Below, in pieces: positions 48,961-59,600 of a stretch of 64,000 nt of DNA; the first letter of the stretch is position 1, and each line of letters opens with the position of its first letter. The notes beneath the pieces are model-generated. The model did no database searches. It worked only from the letters and a program-made list of their open reading frames with translations, and was not told where the DNA came from. Position numbers and translations under genes: made by a program. The stretch is from Candidatus Pacearchaeota archaeon UBA73. GTDB lineage: Archaea > Nanobdellota > Nanobdellia > Pacearchaeales > GW2011-AR1. The DNA is taken from the NCBI GenBank assembly GCA_002496015.1, contig DAIF01000004.1, positions 154,612 through 218,611 on the forward strand. Direction: 5' to 3'.

Positions 48961-49424
48961 AATTCCTGAACTCAAAACAAAAAAGAGAAATCCAAAAAGG
49001 CATTGAAGAAACTTACGGAATTCCAGAAATTCCTTATCTCCTAATCGAAGCAGGCAAACAACGCCTTCGAGCTTTCTCCGGAAATCTGACAAGGGAAGAA
49101 ATTCTAGAACTTTCAAAAATAGCAAATATCGAAGTCATCGGCATGTATCTCATAAGTCAAAAAGACGACGATTTAAGACTCAACTTCGACGCTCTTCCGC
49201 TCTTTAAATCACAAATCACAAAGAGAATTCTCGAAATAAACAAAGACCAACTGGCGCTCTGGATGCGCGGCTACGACCTTGACATCAAGTGCGAAAGAGG
49301 CATCGTTGTTCTAAAATACCAAGACGAACTCGTCGGCATCGGCAAGTCTAACACCGAAAAAATATTCAATTACCTTCCCAAAGAAAGAAAACTCAAAACT
49401 CCTTTGCCAAGCTCACAATCCTAA
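48957..49424 (+). CDS. NIP7-like / methyltransferase-associated PUA-domain protein
   Basis: operonic with the NOP2 gene; WMRGYD...GIGK...NYLPKER. Confidence 0.7.
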   Translation: MKFLNSKQKREIQKGIEETYGIPEIPYLLIEAGKQRLRAFSGNLTREEILELSKIANIEVIGMYLISQKDDDLRLNFDALPLFKSQITKRILEINKDQLALWMRGYDLDIKCERGIVVLKYQDELVGIGKSNTEKIFNYLPKERKLKTPLPSSQS

Positions 49425-49613
49425 ATCTTCCGCAAGCCCATCCACCACCCGACTTATCACGTCAGGAGCATCATATAACTCAGCCAATATTATCTGATAT
49501 TCTGAAGTTAGCGCGGGATTTGTATTCCGAGCCATTGTATCAATCAACCCTTGCCTGATCATCGGAGCATCTTCTGAAGAATACTCTAGTGTCTGACGTC
49601 CATCATATACCAT
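49413..49613 (-). CDS. hypothetical protein
   Basis: 66-aa ORF. Confidence 0.35.
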   Translation of the reverse strand: MVYDGRQTLEYSSEDAPMIRQGLIDTMARNTNPALTSEYQIILAELYDAPDVISRVVDGLAEDLGL

Positions 49614-49739
49614 AAGCCCTCTTCTTTAATTCCTTATTTAAACTTTTGGATTCGATACCGCGCGCACCGGGCGCTTCGCGCCCTAAATTATTTAAGCTAT
49701 TTTAGTTAATATTATAAACCAAAAAACCTCATTAAAAAA

Positions 49740-50744
49740 ATGACCGAAAAAACTTATGGCGGAATAACTCCCCACAGCGTAAAAGATCTCCCCCAAACAA
49801 AAGCCTCGCAAAGCAAATTCTCCCAAAAACAGAAAAAAGAAGACTCACTCGAAAGCGAAACATCAGACATAGACATCGAAAAACTGAAACAGGCAGGTGA
49901 AATCACAAAAAAAGTCAAAGCATTTGCAAGAGAAATAATAAAACCGGGAGTTCCGCTATTAGAAATTGCGAACAAAATAGACGACAAAATTATCGAACTC
50001 GGCGGCAAACCAGCTTTCCCGATAAACCTTTCAATCAATGAAATCGCAGCGCATTCGACTCCTTCATTTAATGATACAGAAAAAGCGCACGGACTTCTAA
50101 AATTCGACGTCGGCGTTCATGTGGACGGCTTCGTAGCCGACACTGCATTTTCAATAGACCTCGAAAATTCTCAGGAAAATAAAATCCTTATAGAAGCCGC
50201 CGAAGCTGGGCTCAAGGCAGCCATGGAAAAAATCCGATTCGGCTCAGAACTCAGGAATATCGGAGAAGCGATAGAAAAAGAAATAAAAAAAAGAGGCGCT
50301 CAACCCATCGTAAATCTCTCAGGTCATTCGATAAACAGATATATCCTGCACAGCGGAATAACAATTCCAAACTACAATAACTCCCAGACATACGAACTGG
50401 AAGAAGGCATTTATGCAGTCGAACCATTCGCAACTTCTGGCGCAGGAAAAGTAAAAGACGGCAAGCCCTCAGGAATATATCACCTAGAAAACAATCTTCC
50501 TGTCCGCGACCAATTTGCCCGCGAAGTCCTGAATTTCATCAAAGAAGAATACTCTACGCTTCCGTTCTGTTCCCGCTGGCTCGTCAAAAAATTCGGCTCG
50601 CGTGCCCTTATTGCACTCAAGCGTCTCGAAGAAGTCCACATCCTCCACCATTATCCGCAGCTAATTGAAATAGACAGGAAACCCGTGGCACAAGCAGAAC
50701 ACACCGTCATTCTCACTCAAAAAGAAAAGATTGTGACCACGTAA
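49740..50744 (+). CDS. map: methionine aminopeptidase type II
   Basis: AFPINLS..AAH, DVGVHVDG..ADTA, NLSGH, AVEPF, AQAEHT. Confidence 0.96.
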   Translation: MTEKTYGGITPHSVKDLPQTKASQSKFSQKQKKEDSLESETSDIDIEKLKQAGEITKKVKAFAREIIKPGVPLLEIANKIDDKIIELGGKPAFPINLSINEIAAHSTPSFNDTEKAHGLLKFDVGVHVDGFVADTAFSIDLENSQENKILIEAAEAGLKAAMEKIRFGSELRNIGEAIEKEIKKRGAQPIVNLSGHSINRYILHSGITIPNYNNSQTYELEEGIYAVEPFATSGAGKVKDGKPSGIYHLENNLPVRDQFAREVLNFIKEEYSTLPFCSRWLVKKFGSRALIALKRLEEVHILHHYPQLIEIDRKPVAQAEHTVILTQKEKIVTT

Positions 50745-50799
50745 GAAACTGCAATAAAGTTATACCCCTCAGAAAACTTCCAATATAAAACATTCCCAT

Positions 50800-51747
50800 C
50801 TATTTTCCAAGATATTCGCGGACTTGTTTGTCTCCTGCCTCAATTTCTTTAACCCTTTTCTCAACATATTCAAAATACATTTTTCCTCTCGTCTCTCCCG
50901 GAAATCCAACAGCGTCTCCGCCGATTAAGCAATTATCGCCAACAAGTTCCCTACCTTCTCCAACCAAAAGTCGATTCACGCTCCCAACAAGAGACCTAAG
51001 CTCGTCGGCGTGTTGTTCATAATACCGAATCTTGCACTCATCCCGCAAGTTTCCTCTCAAAATAGCTTCCCTCGCCGGCTGCATCGTTCCATCGAGCAAA
51101 CTTAGTCGTCCCATCTTCGTAACAATCTCGCAAACATAATTTCTTCTTCTTTGCTCACGCAATCCTTCAATCTTCCGCTCCATCAAACCCTCATCTTTCA
51201 AAAGTTTTAAAAATTCCTCTGCCCCACGAACTGCCCCTCTGTAAACCGCTTCAAAGTTTTTCCGCACATCTTCATCTCCAATATGAAGATAACACTTTGC
51301 CTCTAATAATCCTCCAAGCTCCCATTCTCCAAAATGAATAACTTCACTCGTAGGACTACTTGAAGTGCCCAGCCCAAAATGTACAAACGGAATATTAGAA
51401 CCACCACTATTAAAACTAAACATTCTTTTAACAGGAACTCCGAATTGCTGGAAAATCGAAAAAGGATATCCTGCGCAAGTTAAATTCTCTCTGGCTTCAC
51501 GCTCCTCAGTTACAATAAGTGGTCCGGAAATAACTCCCGCATTAACAAGATGTGCCTGTTCACCTGTTGCCCCACAACATCCCCCTTGAATGTTCCACAT
51601 TGCGTGTCTGTGGCTCACAACAACCTCTCCCTGATGTTCGTCGACGCGCCTGCGAATGTCTTCCAGTTTAGAGTTTATTTTCTCAGGGTCTATCTTCAGT
51701 TCCCGATAGGTGAGAGCTTTTTTCAATCTACCATGAAGCATAAACAA
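50800..51747 (-). CDS. hypothetical protein
   Basis: 315-aa ORF. Confidence 0.6.
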   Translation of the reverse strand: MFMLHGRLKKALTYRELKIDPEKINSKLEDIRRRVDEHQGEVVVSHRHAMWNIQGGCCGATGEQAHLVNAGVISGPLIVTEEREARENLTCAGYPFSIFQQFGVPVKRMFSFNSGGSNIPFVHFGLGTSSSPTSEVIHFGEWELGGLLEAKCYLHIGDEDVRKNFEAVYRGAVRGAEEFLKLLKDEGLMERKIEGLREQRRRNYVCEIVTKMGRLSLLDGTMQPAREAILRGNLRDECKIRYYEQHADELRSLVGSVNRLLVGEGRELVGDNCLIGGDAVGFPGETRGKMYFEYVEKRVKEIEAGDKQVREYLGK

Positions 51748-51938
51748 ACATAGCTCTTTTTGTTTTTAAACAAATCTACTTTGCAGAATACACATTTATT
51801 CTCGGCTGACTAATTGTCCCCATTTCTCCGAACTCGGAAATACTTCCATAAAGGTCTGAGAAACACTCTGCAAAAAACCATACCTTCTTAAAAATTCCTC
51901 GACTTCTGTATTACCGACGTAAATTGCAATTTTATTAA

Positions 51939-53693
51939 CTAGGTTTCAAAACATCCGCCTTTACAACTGACATTGTAAACATCACTTTTAACTTCTAAAT
52001 AAGTAATATTATAAATTCTCGCAGTCGTAACAAAAGAACCTTCTCCTGTTATTGTAATATTGTATCCCTGAAGATTTCTTTCAACGGTATTAACGCAATT
52101 ATCTTCCAGTCGAATGTTCCAATTTCTAGATGTCGGAGGCACGCAATTATCATAAGCAAGAGTATTAAACAGAACTGTGCCGCTCGAATTTGTAAAAACA
52201 TATCTTAATGTTGTTCCCATTTTGTTGCTGGCTGGATAATTTGAATCTGCAACGCTTCCAAATCCGGACGTGTCGTGAAGTTGCTCTCTGACAATCCAGG
52301 TTTCTCCATGGTCAAGAGAATAAGAATGATAAGACGTTGTGTAATCGTTCACGACGTTATTATCTTGATAGATAATGTGAATGTCTCCCAAGTTATTTAC
52401 ACCCACGTCGGGGAATAGCGAATAAGAACTATCCACTTCTCGGATTGTTGGATGTGAGACATCTTGAGAAGATAAATTTGCAAACCAAAGTTGATTAACT
52501 TTAGTATAAGCTATGTAAATTTTATTCTGATATACTGCAATTGTTGGAGCCTGTCCATCACCCACAGAGTTTCCGACATCGGAATCAACAGTAATCCTAT
52601 TTGAACTTCCCCATCCTACTGATGAAGTCCATAAGTCCACGTCTGCATCATCGCTTCCTATTCCGACGATGTATACAACTCCGTTGCTGTCAACTTCAAT
52701 ATCACAATAATCTGTATCATCTGCTTCATTATTATTTACTTCTGTTATGCTTCCAAATTGTGTTGAGTTTGTATAATGCAGGCTTCCTGTTGAGTTGATT
52801 CCGCAGCAATGGATAACATCATTTGGACTTAACGCGCATGATCCTCTCTTGTATTCCCTATTTGGAAAAATTAAATCGTGGCTATTCCATGTCGCTCCAC
52901 CATCTGTTGAATTTACAATTTTTAATTCATAGATCGGGCTTGTAACTGTATCAGTATAATAAACAAACAAATCGTTATTTGAGTTTGCGAGAATTCCTAC
53001 ATTATCGCAGCTAAATGGTTTCATAGAATAATTTTCATACGCATCCCCTATAATCTTTAATGTGCTCCAGTCTATTCCGTCATCAGAAGAGCTTCCATAA
53101 TACAAATCTGAACCTTCACCAATCCAGGTTGCATGCAAATTTCCAGAAGAATCTCTTACAATATTCTCATTTGGTCCGATTCTCGTAGCTATTTTTTGCC
53201 CTGTTGCATTAATTATTTCCGTTCCGCTTCCAGCGTAAAGCATAAATTGATTAATTGAATCGGAAAGTAACAAACCTAAATTGAACGGCAAGTCTCCACC
53301 ACTTCCTGGAAGAATGAACCCCTGACCCTTGGATTCAGAACACCATTCAAGAGGTAAACCGGATTCTGCTAAATAACCATAACTCGCACTTTCATGCCTC
53401 AAACCCTCTATTAAAACTTCTAAAGGGTCTTCCCCGGTTGGATCACAGATTACTGCATACCAGTAAGGTGATTCTGAAACGCCCTCCCTCAAGCCCACAC
53501 TAAGATTTAAAACATTATCTCCAAGTTGATTCAATCCTGCATGAATATATTGATCTTCCTGGATATAATCAAAAGTCCAACCGACGCCGGAATTTCCGAT
53601 AGACACCGCCAATACAAATGGCATACATGCCAATGCAATAACCATTAAAGCGGTTACGCATTTATTATAGTGCATGTTCATATAACCTCCCAA
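51939..53693 (-). CDS. secreted BNR/Asp-box (sialidase-like beta-propeller) protein
   Basis: signal peptide; SSDDGIDW, STDGGATW, SLDHGETW Asp-boxes; Cys-containing C-terminal cap. Confidence 0.75.
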   Translation of the reverse strand: MGGYMNMHYNKCVTALMVIALACMPFVLAVSIGNSGVGWTFDYIQEDQYIHAGLNQLGDNVLNLSVGLREGVSESPYWYAVICDPTGEDPLEVLIEGLRHESASYGYLAESGLPLEWCSESKGQGFILPGSGGDLPFNLGLLLSDSINQFMLYAGSGTEIINATGQKIATRIGPNENIVRDSSGNLHATWIGEGSDLYYGSSSDDGIDWSTLKIIGDAYENYSMKPFSCDNVGILANSNNDLFVYYTDTVTSPIYELKIVNSTDGGATWNSHDLIFPNREYKRGSCALSPNDVIHCCGINSTGSLHYTNSTQFGSITEVNNNEADDTDYCDIEVDSNGVVYIVGIGSDDADVDLWTSSVGWGSSNRITVDSDVGNSVGDGQAPTIAVYQNKIYIAYTKVNQLWFANLSSQDVSHPTIREVDSSYSLFPDVGVNNLGDIHIIYQDNNVVNDYTTSYHSYSLDHGETWIVREQLHDTSGFGSVADSNYPASNKMGTTLRYVFTNSSGTVLFNTLAYDNCVPPTSRNWNIRLEDNCVNTVERNLQGYNITITGEGSFVTTARIYNITYLEVKSDVYNVSCKGGCFET

Positions 53694-56628
53694 TCAGACA
53701 CAAATCGCCAGTAAGACTAATATAACTTACTGTACTTCCAGTTGAGTTCGTCACCTTTAACGCTCCACTTGGCGCTGAACAACTCATAGATTCATCTGAA
53801 CAATCTCCTGACTCTATGCACATATTTCCCTCGGAATCAATATATGCGAATGTCTCTCCGCCCGAATTCTGTATCTTAAATGAATTTGCAGGCGGCGTGC
53901 ATGTTGTCTGATTAGTGCATGTACCTTTCAAAACAATATTCCCCCTATCTCCAAACCATGCAACTTCATCTCCCGATGAATTTTTAACTGAGAATTTTAT
54001 GGTGTCGTTTAAAAATTGGGATTCTAAATTTATTGATCTCGTTTCGGTAATATCTTGATTGCCTGCCAAATCCGAGATATAGACATTGTAATAGTAATCT
54101 CCTTTATCAAGATTCGTCCAATTTATTGTTCTTCTTTTGTCTGTAAATGTAGACGAATTAACAATCATTGAATTATACAAAGCAGTGACCTCCTCTTGCG
54201 AAATAGATCGGTTGTAGATACGCAACTCATCTATTGTTCCGTTGAAATAAAGAGAAGGGCTAGGATTACCTCTTCTGCCTACCTCTAGTGGATGAGTTCC
54301 AGGGGTAATTCCAACATGGGCTTTCGTATAGTTACCCAAGAATACTCCATTTACCCAAACCTTCTCAACAGACTTATTCAATGTCCAAACAACATGATAC
54401 CATTTATCTACCAACCAGTCTGTTTCCCCGGAAGGCAAATATCCATCAATACAAACATTAATACCTTCGTCATAACCTCCTGCTCCATTGGAAGTATAGG
54501 TATGAATGCAACCACTAGGATTCGCATCCAATTCATACTCCAAATAATGTTTTCCAACTAGGGTCACTCTCGGATTAATTACGCTATTGGGCTTAAACCA
54601 AACAGAAATTGAGGTTTCGTTATGCATATCTAAAGTATCGCTATCGTTAACTTGAAGATAATCATTTATACCATCAAAACTGTATGCGCCATTTAACCTA
54701 CCAGAAGGATTAAATATTGGCTGATTTATTCTTATTGCATCGTTTCCATATAATGAACCATCTATCAAATTTTCTTTATTTTCATCGAGTGCGAGCCACA
54801 ATACTAAATCATTCTTTGGGACAGATCCGTTATACAAATTGAAAACTATCTTTTCTTCATTTATCTCCTGAGCAGAGACGTTAACATAAATCCAGCCCCT
54901 GTCTACAACAGCGCCATCTGATTCTGTGCCCACACCATAGGTTATAACTGGGTAAGTTCCATCGACCGTGATAGCCCTCTGCTCCGTTGAATTTTGATTT
55001 CCTAAACTATCGTTGACATACGCTTTATACAAATAAGTCCCGTCAGCAAGAGAGGAGAAACTATAACTACAATAATAAGGAGATGTTCCAATGCAAACAG
55101 CAGTATAGTTCACACCGTTCATTGTTACCCAACCAGCTTGCCTGTTTGGTTCAATTCCGGTAAAGTTGACAACAAAATTATTCACAGCCAAATAACTCCC
55201 ATTAGAAGGAGTTGGAGCAGTGAAGTTGATCGTTGGATTTACCAAGTTCGTAGAAATATTCCAACTTTGCGTAACCGTGTTATTATTTGAGTCATTCACC
55301 ATCAAGGTCACGACAGAACTTGGTCTAGTGAATATATAATTAAAGACATTTTTAGCAAATCCTGCCAACACCTGAACTCCATCTACTAACCATCTAAAGA
55401 ATAGACCTTGCCGCGGAGTATCTTCGTCGGTAACCGTAACGTTAATTGTAACATTTGCTGCTTCCTGGAAAGTTGGGTTAGTGATTGAATAAAGTCGTCT
55501 AACTTCATCGGCAGATAAAGAGCGATTGTAAACCCTAACTTCATCGAGGCTTCCATTCAATCTTGCAATATTCCCGCCTTGGACTGGCTCTCCTATTCCA
55601 AAATCATCGTAAGAACTACCATCTGTTCCATTTCTCAAATTGTAAATGCAGAATGTTTTATTGTTTGCATTTTGACCATTTATATAAATTCGAATATCGC
55701 AGGTACTTGGATCGTATGTTCCGGCAATGAATACCCAAGTGTTATTGAATCTGCTGAAAAAGTTAGTATTGCTCACGACTGCATTCGAGGCATCGGTGTT
55801 ATTTCTGAGACCAAATCTTAATGTTCCCTGAGAAGAACCGGAAGTTCCGATTATATCAAAAGCAGAAGAATATCTATAACCCATTACACCTATGTTAAAT
55901 CCCGGATATCCTGAGGTATTTGTTAACTCCTTAACATTAATCCATGCTGAATAACTAAATTCCGGATTTTGGAAATTAAACAAATAGGTGTTTGTTTTAT
56001 AGATTTCATTTGGATCTATTGCATTAAATTCATAAGCTCCTCCGACTCTGCCATTGTGTGTAAATCTTGCCCCGTCTACAGATCCGTTGTAAAGCCCATT
56101 AACAGAATCTTCTTGTATGGAATGATTCTTGTCTAACCTCCAATATAAGACCAAACCATCAGTAACATCCTCCCTCGCATAACTCACAGTTAGGTTACTC
56201 ACATTGACGTCATCAATCTTAGGTGTGAAAGTCAAATTAAACCTCGCAGAAGCAGATCCAATATTATTTGAACTGTCGTTTGCATAAACTACCAGAGTAT
56301 TCTGTCCCGCAACCCCTTTTATAGTAGTATTCGGCACAAACGTCACATTCGCCCCGCCGTTCAATGAATACCAATACGCTGAGACTGAACTTTCAGAATC
56401 GCTAGCAGAAACATTCAGACTTAGATTGTAGCTATAAATGTCTCTCACAACCAGATTGTTTGTCGGATAATGAAGGGTGATGTTTGGAGGAGTTGTATCT
56501 AGGAGGCCTCCCGTAATTGTAACGTTCCATTGCGGGGTGCTAACATACGCATAAGGAATTGTTGTTTTGTTAGCATATACAAAGAATGTATGTGTGTCGT
56601 ATTCTCCTTTCCGGTTGCGTTTATCCAA
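53665..56628 (-). CDS. C-terminal part of the giant surface protein: Ig-like repeats, two LamG domains, triple C-terminal repeat
   Basis: GLVLYW..D...LDEVRVYNRSLS twice; DTTPP Ig repeats; FxVKNSSG...A repeats; no signal peptide of its own. Confidence 0.8.
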   Translation of the reverse strand: MDKRNRKGEYDTHTFFVYANKTTIPYAYVSTPQWNVTITGGLLDTTPPNITLHYPTNNLVVRDIYSYNLSLNVSASDSESSVSAYWYSLNGGANVTFVPNTTIKGVAGQNTLVVYANDSSNNIGSASARFNLTFTPKIDDVNVSNLTVSYAREDVTDGLVLYWRLDKNHSIQEDSVNGLYNGSVDGARFTHNGRVGGAYEFNAIDPNEIYKTNTYLFNFQNPEFSYSAWINVKELTNTSGYPGFNIGVMGYRYSSAFDIIGTSGSSQGTLRFGLRNNTDASNAVVSNTNFFSRFNNTWVFIAGTYDPSTCDIRIYINGQNANNKTFCIYNLRNGTDGSSYDDFGIGEPVQGGNIARLNGSLDEVRVYNRSLSADEVRRLYSITNPTFQEAANVTINVTVTDEDTPRQGLFFRWLVDGVQVLAGFAKNVFNYIFTRPSSVVTLMVNDSNNNTVTQSWNISTNLVNPTINFTAPTPSNGSYLAVNNFVVNFTGIEPNRQAGWVTMNGVNYTAVCIGTSPYYCSYSFSSLADGTYLYKAYVNDSLGNQNSTEQRAITVDGTYPVITYGVGTESDGAVVDRGWIYVNVSAQEINEEKIVFNLYNGSVPKNDLVLWLALDENKENLIDGSLYGNDAIRINQPIFNPSGRLNGAYSFDGINDYLQVNDSDTLDMHNETSISVWFKPNSVINPRVTLVGKHYLEYELDANPSGCIHTYTSNGAGGYDEGINVCIDGYLPSGETDWLVDKWYHVVWTLNKSVEKVWVNGVFLGNYTKAHVGITPGTHPLEVGRRGNPSPSLYFNGTIDELRIYNRSISQEEVTALYNSMIVNSSTFTDKRRTINWTNLDKGDYYYNVYISDLAGNQDITETRSINLESQFLNDTIKFSVKNSSGDEVAWFGDRGNIVLKGTCTNQTTCTPPANSFKIQNSGGETFAYIDSEGNMCIESGDCSDESMSCSAPSGALKVTNSTGSTVSYISLTGDLCLIGRLYEHAL

Positions 56629-59600
56629 GCCGTGACGACCTGACTCTGACCCATATCCAGATTAATTGTTCGCGGATTAGACTGGTTTGTATAAAATGGG
56701 GTATCCCCAGCCATGGTTGAAATCAAACCGAATTTGATTTTATCAGGAAAATAATCTATCACTAAGTTAGAAAGCTGGACAATGCCCTTAAATCCGGATA
56801 TGTTTAAAGGAACATTACAATAACCATTCGCGTCAGGAGAGCAAGTCGATAGATAATCAGACACTTCTGATCTAAAATCAGAAACCTGCACCGTAGTGGA
56901 AAGTCCGCTTGAAATATAGGTTATATTTAGATAAGGTCTTTTTGTGGAATCGGCCGGATATTCTTTAGAATAAAACTTGTAAAGTGCACCACTTGACGGA
57001 TTAGTGCTGTTAAGTGCAAATGAAACAGTGCTGCCGCCCAGTGCCTCAGATACGCCTGCAGTTACATCATAGTTTACCCACCGCGGATTATTATTTGGAA
57101 TTCTAGTTGTTACTGTAAAACTATCTAAAGTAGAACCGATATTTGAAAATGGACAAATCTGACCTGGAAGAGGCGAGCCATAGCAATTTTCAGTCCACGT
57201 TTGATTATTCAATCTAAATACGCTCATAATATTATTTCCCAAAAACGCACTCGATCCTTCTGCGCCGTAGAAATACAAATAAAGTTTAGATGAAATTATT
57301 GACTCAATTTCTGAAGGCATTTTAAACTTAAGAAAAACATGACTAATGTTCCATCCTGCAGAGTTTGCCCCGCTTCGCAAGGTGTCTATGCTCCCAAACT
57401 GCAAAAGACTGCCAAGAAAGTTATAAGTATCTTCAAGATTTTCGCTTTCTGCTTCCTGTAAAATTAAACTCGTAGGAACCTGCATTTTAGAATATTCCAG
57501 ATCGCCATCGTTAGCTACATCCAACGTTACATTTAAAGGATAATTAGAACCTCCATCTCTATATCCTGTTATGTCTAAAGAAGCAGAAAATATTGTAGCG
57601 TTCTTTGGCAATCTTATGTAAGTCAAATTGCTCCATTTCCCAGGACCAGTAAAGTTCTTTGCACTCGAAGAGTCGTTGAACGTCTGAACTATCGGATCAA
57701 ATCCTATGTTTATATTGCCGCAATGTGTTTGAATGCAAGTCACATTTACGGTTACATTGAAAAATTCATTTCTGGTTACGTTAACATTAGAAGCATTAGG
57801 AGTAATAACTCTAATAAGAATTGGGGGTTCTGCTAGAGAATGCAATGTAAACACTAAACTTTTGTTAGCAGTTAAATTTACAAATTCACGTGTGCTGGAA
57901 TAATCTGCCTTAGAAGCATTAATTGTATAATTGGTCTGATAGATTCTTGTTCCACCAGCATTTGTGTATTCTGCTAACTCCTGTGTTGTAATAAATCCTC
58001 CAGTGTTCGTTAATGTAGAAAACATAACAACCCCTAGAACATTATAGCCGGTAACATTTGCTTGATACACACTAATTCCTTGTGAGTCTTTTACTTGCGC
58101 ATCTAAGTACCATTTTCTTATTAAGCTGTGCCCTGCAGCCACACTTTCTGTATGATATAAGCTATCCATAAAAGTAACGTTAATCGAAGGATCTCCCGTA
58201 AGACTTACAGAAGAAACATTACTGTGCAAAATGGAACTAAACGAGCTATCTGAAATCTTTAGTCCTGCGGCACCGTTCCCATCAGCAATTAAGTTTTCAA
58301 TTACAGTCCTCCTAGCGCCCCATATATCAACGCCGTTACCGCCATTTCCATTTGCAACCAGATTCGTTAGAGTATATTCCGAACCAGAAGCCCCATACTG
58401 AGCAATATTAATTCCGTCACCTAAATTATTACTCGCAATAATGTTAATTAGTTCAGCTGCTCTTGGTTGCGCAGCAATGCCGTAAAAATAAATCCCATTG
58501 AAGCGATTGTAACTTGCATTTACATTATGTAAAATGTGTCGTTCGATTCCAGAATGTATCCATATACCATCTCCAACGTTGGATATGGAGTTTACATCAA
58601 AAATCGAAATGTAAGAGCCAGAACTACTTTGAAAATTAATTCCAGTGCCAAAATCTCTTACTGTTAAATTCCGAACCGTTAAGTAATCCTTATCGTGTGC
58701 ATCAATTCCAATTGTATTTAGAGAATCATTTCCATAAATCGTATGTTTTAATCCTTCAATTGTTATGTTGTGTGCTCCAACTATAAAACAAGGGTTATTA
58801 GCAATTATGTCGCTTTGAATTAAATAAATCGTATTCGGATATTTGAGTGTTCCACAAACAGTAACATTCACATACAATGGTCTAGCGATCATCTGTTCGA
58901 CTGGCGCATGTGCCAAACCATTATATGTATAATTAGTTACTATTGTTATTATTTCACCACTGCCCGGATTCAGTACATTGTTTTCGCGATAAATTGTGCC
59001 GAGAATGTTTCCAGTTTCGTCATATACATATGTAAAGTTCTCAAATCTCGAGGAATTTGAAATATCTGCGCTAGTCATTCTATTCAATTCATCATATTCC
59101 ATTAGATATTTCTTAGAGTTCTTTAGGTCATTAATCTCTTTAACATTCCCAACATTATCGTAAAGGTAGCTTAAGTTTTGTAGCGCTCCTGTCTGCAAGT
59201 TGTCAATCCTCCCCAACTCATCGTAATGATATCTTGTAATTAGATTGTTTGCATATGTTTTATTTGCAATCTTGCCAAAGGAATTGTAATTAACATTATT
59301 TAAGAGTCCGCTAGCATTCTTAAGTTTCCCGATTTCGTTATATTCATAGTTAAGAGTGTCGGCAGGTAGATGCATATTTAGAATTCTATCTTGAGAATCA
59401 TAACTAACTGAGACATCAATCCAATCGCATCTTGAACCCGGACCAAAAGCTTCAGTATAACATAAATAAATTCTTTCTTCGATAACTCTCAGCCTAGAAT
59501 CGTAAATATACCGATTATGAACGTCTTTGAAATAGTTTCCTCTAGTACTTATATTACTCAAGGTACCATTAAACTGCGCATCATAAACAAAAGTTATATT

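Noticed and set aside
51910-51932. Possible duplicate of the map 3' end (accgacgtaaattgcaat vs accacgtaagaaactgcaat)
   Set aside because: Short and gapped; too weak to count as another cassette boundary.
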